Shown here: positions 58,524 to 64,000 of the stretch, one piece after another
Layout: each line of letters opens with the position of its first letter
Numbering within the stretch: the stretch's first letter is position 1
Source of the DNA: Asterias rubens
Lineage: Eukaryota
Length of the DNA: 64,000 bases
Direction of reading: 5' to 3'
Assembly: GCF_902459465.1 (NCBI RefSeq)
Contig: NC_047067.1
Location: 20,026,001 to 20,090,000 of the forward strand
The notes under the pieces: generated by a model
The model's database searches: none
What the model was told of the DNA's origin: nothing
The model's input: only the letters and a program-made list of their open reading frames with translations
Position numbers and translations under genes: made by a program

Positions 58524-61500
58524 ATGATTCTGTTTGGGGCATTACTGAGTGTGGTTGTGCCCTTGTCATTGCTGGTTTGGGCAGTTTCCTTGCTTGGTTT
58601 TACGTACCTCGGATCAGAAGGTAAGACTGAACGTTCATGATTTTTTTTTGATAAACAAGTTCTGCACTGGATGACTGTGGAATTTAAAGGGGGCACATTC
58701 TTGCCCTCGGATTTGATGCTTTGGCCTTGTATTTATTTTGGATTTATTTTGGGAAAAGTTTCCGTATGGCGCCACCACTTTTTCATTCGATAAGAAATAA
58801 TATAGTATCTAATTTACCTCAATGAGATATCATTTTTTGTAAAAATTAGTGAAAAAGTGGTGGCGCTATACGGAATGTTATCCGTTCAGTTGATAAACTA
58901 TACCTAGCTGATTTTTACTTACTTTTTTATTATTAATAATTAGTTATTAAATTAAATAAGCAGAAAGTATTGCATAACAATTGTTTGCTTAGTAGAAATG
59001 AGCACGCAGCTCACCACTTCTACTTTGATACTCGGAGAATCCATCAGACAGGGCAGAAAGCCGAGGGACTTCTTGTCCATGATTGCGATATTGATCCCTC
59101 CTCCCGCCAACGGCTGGACTGGAGGAGCGTTATGTGTTAACGAAACTACGAATATGATTGTACTACTCATACTCCATGAACTATGAGGTTAGTTCTGCTA
59201 TCGCCTCCACAAAGGAGGAAGAGGCAATAGCGGAACAAACCTCATAGTTCTAGGAGTATTTTTGTACCAAAAACTCATTGCTGTATGTCATGTGTGCAGC
59301 CTCCACTCCCCTAAAATGATCTCAACTAATAAAGGGGAGGCAATGATGTTGCCAGGGAGTGAGTTCCACCAGATGACAGTTCTTGGGGAAAGTGAGTTCA
59401 AGAATAGCTGTATCCTACACCTGGGATGATGTGAATATTTATTTTGGTTGTATGACCTTGTATTACATGAGATGGCTGGGCTAAGGTAGGCCTATAGTAT
59501 AGGTCCTGATTGGCTCCTGCAATAGTTTGGATCTGGATTTTGTAGAGGAGGGTGAGGCTGGCTGCCTGTCGTCGCCTCTGAAGGTGTCCCATTCCAAGGT
59601 GTTCAACGAGGCTGAAACGCTTTCAGTGCGGCGGTATAGCTGAGAGCGAACCTGACTGATTTAAATTTTGGTTTGTCTTTCTGGCTGCAATATATTCCAG
59701 AATCCAGGTGAGGTCTAACAAGTGACAAATAAGCTTGCTGGCGTATTTTGATGGAGCATTTTCTAAGGTTACATCGAACAAGGCCCAACATTCTGTTGGC
59801 AAGAGCTTGATTTTGTTGTGTTTCTGCCATGCAAGAAGGTTAGGCCCAGGTACGGATGGCCTGGTGACTGTCGCAAGATTTTTTCCACCAAGGTGGTAAT
59901 TTGACCAGTCACAAATTCTACATTCATGAGACACATTATGCAATGGCTGGTAAACTTATTCTAGCAATACTAGTAAGCCACAAAAGTGGGGCTAGCACAA
60001 TCCTCGTTGGTTTCAGTTAGGGTGTAGGTCAGTCAACTAACCCACACGCTTCACGGACCTAAGCCCAGCTTATCCAGTTCAAACCTTCACGCTCCGCTGA
60101 GCCAATTACTTGGTTAGCATTCAGCAATAGCGTCCAGCATTTTCCTGAAGACAATCAGAGCATACTGATCGAAACTTTGAATCATTAACCACCAATTTTG
60201 GTTGTTAAACTTATTCTGGTAAGCATAATTTTGTTGTGCTTAGCATCTTTGTGCTTAAGCAGCTCTATAAAACTGGGCCCAGGTCAACATAAAGGAATGC
60301 TGAGTGCCGCAACCTTGGCTTGTCCTTAGAGCATACATGTCCATTCTATAGTTTGTCTGGGTCCCAATTCATCTATTGTTACTAACACCCTGGATTCTAG
60401 GGTAGCATATTACGTCTCTCTTCAATATGAAAGGTTCGCTTGGCCCCAGCAGCCAGTATGGATGGGCTAATCAGCTAATCAATGAGCGTGCATGATACGT
60501 TTGCCCATCCAAGCGCCTTCGGTTAAAGCAAGGGCACTGGGGACGAGCGAATATGAAAGGGTTGACAGATATTTTCAGAATACAATTTTTTTTTGTGGGG
60601 GGGGGGATGTTATTCCATTAAAAATTGGAATGGTCAGAACAACATTTTTTAGTCAACATGTTCAGCTGGTTGAATTTTCAGAGGCAATTTAATTTGTAAT
60701 TTATTTTTGTATCACTACTTACTGTTACAGTTTTTAAAAATTACTCTAGGTTTTCTAAGACCCCTGAAAACAAAAGCAAAAATCCCACAATATTTGTTTT
60801 CTAACATAACAATCTTGCCTGGCTTGAAAAAAATGCTTTTACTAAAAGCATAATTTGTGTTGATATTGTCTTTGTTACTAGCATTTCAAGGGCTTTGTTG
60901 CCTCCATTAAGTGCCAGAGGCCTGCCATACCCTTAGGTGATTAACTTTGGTCCCCAAGATCAAATTGAGTTTTGTGATCTACTCATTTTCCTAAAGATAG
61001 AATCCTCATAAAAGTTGCAAATAAGTTACTGAGTGACTTCAATTGTCTTCATCTTCATCATTCCCAACAATTACCTGTCTTGGTCATCTATGTCATAATC
61101 CTCTAACAACTGCTATTGTACCTGGGTATCCAAACGATTATTTTAAAGAAAATTCTAGACGTAAATAAAGATTAATCAATATACAGTAGTTGTCTGTTTA
61201 GGTGCACACAGCATACCTAGAATAATACAGTCTGCGTGCGCTGAATTATTGTTAACCTCCACCCTAGGCACCTCTTACAAATTCTATGGCCTTGAAGTAT
61301 CTGAATTGGTGTCTACAGCTACGGCTACGGCTACGACTGTTGCTAAGGGTGTTGCTAAGGACGCCCTATACCTTAAAAACATAATGATGAAGAAATCTAG
61401 CCATAGCCAGTTCGGACTGCATTTAAGTACCTGGATTTCCAAATGGTGCTTTCTAAGAAACTTCCAGACCCAGACATAATACAGACTAATCAATGTACAC

Positions 61501-64000
61501 AGAAGAAGTCTAATTGTGTGTCTTGGTGTGCACAAGGCATACATTGAATAATACAGTCTGGGTGCACTAAAGGGATTAAAAACTAGGGTGTTGTTGTGGC
61601 TGCACAGAGCAAGGACGGAGCAAGGACATGGGGAGTTTGATGGAATTGTTGGACACTGCCTTCTCTGCAGGGGGTGCAGGGCCCAATTTTATAAAGCTGT
61701 AAAGCAGAAAAAAGGCCTACTGGTGGACAAATTTATTTATTAATTTATATGTTCATTCTAACCAGTGTGGTTTGTTTTTGAACAATAGAAAGGTCTATAG
61801 CTTCACTGTATCTTAAGTATTGGACTTGTATTAGAATTAGGAATGTTTTATGCTTACAAAGGGTGAAGAAATGTTAGACTTTTAAGAAAGAAAGGCATGC
61901 GTTTGTTTTTTTGAACTGTTTGATTGTTTTATTCCTAAAAATGTAGACATGTACAAAATAACTAACCTGTGACAATTTCAAATTAGCATTTTTGAGATAT
62001 CGTCAACAATCTGTAAATTGTTCTTATTGGAATGTACAATCTGAGAAAAGTATCAGACAGAAACAGTTTCCCAGACTCAAATTGTTTGTGTTTTAAAATC
62101 TGATGTTTTTTTTCATAACCACATTACTTCAAAGTAAAATTATTCTCAAAATGCTTTTTACTATCGAAAGCTGCTGTACCAAGTTTTTGTAGCCATTATT
62201 AAGAGTGATTATCAATAACTTCCCCTTGAAGATAATTTTGAACATTAGAAATTTTTTGTTAGTAATAGTATATCATCCCTAACTTTTTCTTTCTTTCCTC
62301 CAGCACCAATCTACCCAATCTCACCAGGACGATGGCTTCTGACTGTCACACTGCCGTTGTTTCTTGCAACAAATGGTCTGAGAAAGAAGAGTGTCACTTC
62401 AGGAGGTGCCATTCTAGGTATAAATGTTCTGTCCCAACTTTAGAATCAACCCAACTTAGCTAGGAATCCCAACTATATATAGGACTGGCACCAACTATAG
62501 TTGGGCCCAGTCCCAACCTGAGTGTTACAGTTGGGTCGGCCCAACTATAGCTGGGATTGCCTGATAGTTGAATTCATCAGCTTTAGAATCGTCCCAACTA
62601 TTGGAAGTCCCAACTTGAGTTTTACAGTTACAAAGGTAAAACTGTAGCTTGGATTGCCTGATAGTGTAATCTGTCTGTTATAGAGTTGTCCCAACTATAG
62701 TTAGTCCCAACTTGAGATTTACAGTTGGGATGACCCAACTGTGGTTTCCTGATAGTGTAATCAGTCAGCTTTAGAATTGTCCCAACTATGGCTGGGGTCC
62801 CATCTTGAGTTTTACAGTTGGGCCCAACCATAGCTTTGGTTGCCTGAAGTAACTGGTAGTCAGCTGTAGAATCATCCCAACTATAGTTTTTCCTCCATGG
62901 TCGGTCCTCCATGGTCCCAACTACAGCAAACTTCAAAACATGTTTCTTGTAAAATGGCAGCAGTTAAGAACTGCTCAGTATGATTGGTACAAAGACCAAC
63001 TTGACTTCTAAAAACCTTTTTGATGAACCCGATATGATTACTGCAGGCCTGGAATTTCAGAGGGCAAGGCCCTTTTCTTTAAGCAAAGGAACACATTGCC
63101 TTGGATCGGACGAGTTGGTCTTCAAAAAACGTTTGAAACCGTTTGTTATGAAATGCATATGGTTGGAAAGATATTTTAAAAGTAGAATACAATGATCTAC
63201 AAAAGTATCACTAAAAATGCACGGTTTTCATTTTACGTCGCGAACTAACACGGTCGGCCATTTATGGGAGTCAAACATTTGGCTCCCATAAAAGGCCGAC
63301 CGTGTTAGTCGACGAGGTAAAAAGAAAACCACGCAATTTCGTGGCATATTTGTGTAGATCATTGTATTCTACTTTTACAACATCTTTCTAACCATAACGA
63401 TTTTATAACAAACGGTCACAGAACACTTTTCAAGGACCAACTCGACCAAACCAAGGCAACGTGTTCCTTTAAGCAAGGGGCACTTCAATTTGAAAATCTT
63501 CAAGCAGATAGGAAAATTGTGTAAGGTTACAAAGACCATGAACAGTGCATGCCAGCAAAGGCCATGGGCTCTGTGCAATGGACCCTTCCCATGAAATATG
63601 CTAATTACATTCACGCATGCGTACAGACCCTGTTGGTTGGCAAACGCCATAGAGTTGTGCACTGAGCAGACGCGCAATCGCGTCTGCATCACGCAGCCAT
63701 TAGCCGTGCACAAAACAGCGGGATGTTCCCTCATTTTGCCAACCAAAACGTGTGCGCACGCGCTATGTGCAATTTACATATTTCATGGGAAGGGTCTATT
63801 CCAGGCCTCTTGTGTTTGAATATAATTTTTTTCCAGACGATTGGCTTTTCATTGAATGATTGATTCTTTACAGGTTACATTGTTGGTTTTATAATGTTGA
63901 TGGCCAGCTACTCATTCTTCATGGCTCTGCTGGCGTTCTTCTACACTGCCTCCAAAGCCACCACATTCAAGGCTGAGATGAAGAAGAAAATTGAGACTGA
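58524..64000 (+). CDS. TMEM19: Transmembrane protein 19, first three coding exons (continues beyond the window)
   Basis: Exons 58524-58620, 62304-62417 and 63874->64000 join in phase: MILFGALLSVVVPLSLLVWAVSLLGFTYLGSEAPIYPISPGRWLLTVTLPLFLATNGLRKKSVTSGGAILGYIVGFIMLMASYSFFMALLAFFYTASKATTFKAEMKKKIET. This parallels the TMEM19/DUF92 pattern PISPxRW...NGLxKKS...G...VGFI...FF.SSK.T. Confidence 0.9.
58752..58883. mobile_element. ~132-bp MITE, same family as 40484-40619
   Basis: GGAAAAGTTTCCGTATGGCGCCACCACTTTTTCA ... TGAAAAAGTGGTGGCGCTATACGGAATGTTATCC. Confidence 0.85.
59300..59930 (-). mobile_element. 5'-truncated, frameshifted CR1/L2-group LINE 3' end (RT C-terminus)
   Basis: Minus-strand segments ANRMLGLVRCNL...KIRQQAYLSLVRPHL, LQRRRQAASLTLLYKI and PRTVIWWNSLP match the ANRxLGxxRRN / AYxSLVRPxLEY / RRxxxxLxxLYKI / FPRTIxxWNxLP series. 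Confidence 0.8.
62432..62930. repeat. ~95-bp imperfect minisatellite, about 5 units, rich in CCCAACT/AGTTGGG
   Basis: The GTCCCAACTA anchor recurs at about 62489, 62591, 62688, 62779 and 62874 (spacing 91-102 bp). Confidence 0.85.
63045..63808. mobile_element. Nested MITEs: host AGGCCTGGAA..TTCCAGGCCT element containing a 383-bp foldback (63086-63468) and a 224-bp TIR element (63577-63800)
   Basis: Host 10-bp TIRs at 63045-63054 and 63799-63808. Insert 1 runs AGGAACAC...GTGTTCCT with ~190-bp arms. Insert 2 runs AATGGACCCTTCCCATGAAATATG...CATATTTCATGGGAAGGGTCTATT. Confidence 0.8.

Noticed and set aside
58448-58696. Minus-strand 82-aa ORF as a CCDC34 first coding exon
   Set aside because: It is antisense to the TMEM19 exon 58505-58620, whose plus-strand frame and donor are much better supported.
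58952-59186. 72-aa and 62-aa ORFs on opposite strands in TMEM19 intron 1
   Set aside because: There are no splice-compatible boundaries with TMEM19 and no recognisable domain.

Overview
AT-rich, intron-rich animal genomic DNA. A marine deuterostome, probably a sea star, is inferred from recalled repeat content and is not proven. Six protein-coding genes can be assembled exon by exon with GT-AG introns and consistent reading phase: the 3' half of a MATE/SLC47A transporter (+), V-ATPase V1 subunit E (+), a mitochondrial glutamate carrier of SLC25A22/18 type (-), mitochondrial isoleucyl-tRNA synthetase IARS2 (+, 22 exons), CCDC34 (-) and the 5' part of TMEM19 (+). SLC25A22/IARS2 and CCDC34/TMEM19 are head-to-head pairs. 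Introns and intergenic gaps are full of non-autonomous elements: TTAA-flanked Kolobok/T2-like MITEs, Harbinger-like and unclassified foldback MITEs, several tRNA-derived SINE families, CR1/L2- and RTE-like LINE scraps, and two minisatellites. There is one 170-N gap. The most notable non-gene signals are these. (1) A dispersed family carrying decayed minimal hammerhead-ribozyme motifs of Penelope/retrozyme type, whose 3' tail is the unit of a 68-bp x10 tandem array. (2) A perfect 38-bp palindrome between convergent genes. (3) A three-element nested MITE with an atypical 7-bp duplication. (4) A stop-riddled 516-bp reading frame of unknown origin. (5) Mitf/TFEB-type M-boxes upstream of the V-ATPase gene. 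No prokaryotic systems, CRISPR arrays or intact tRNA/rRNA genes were seen. All alignments were done by eye.
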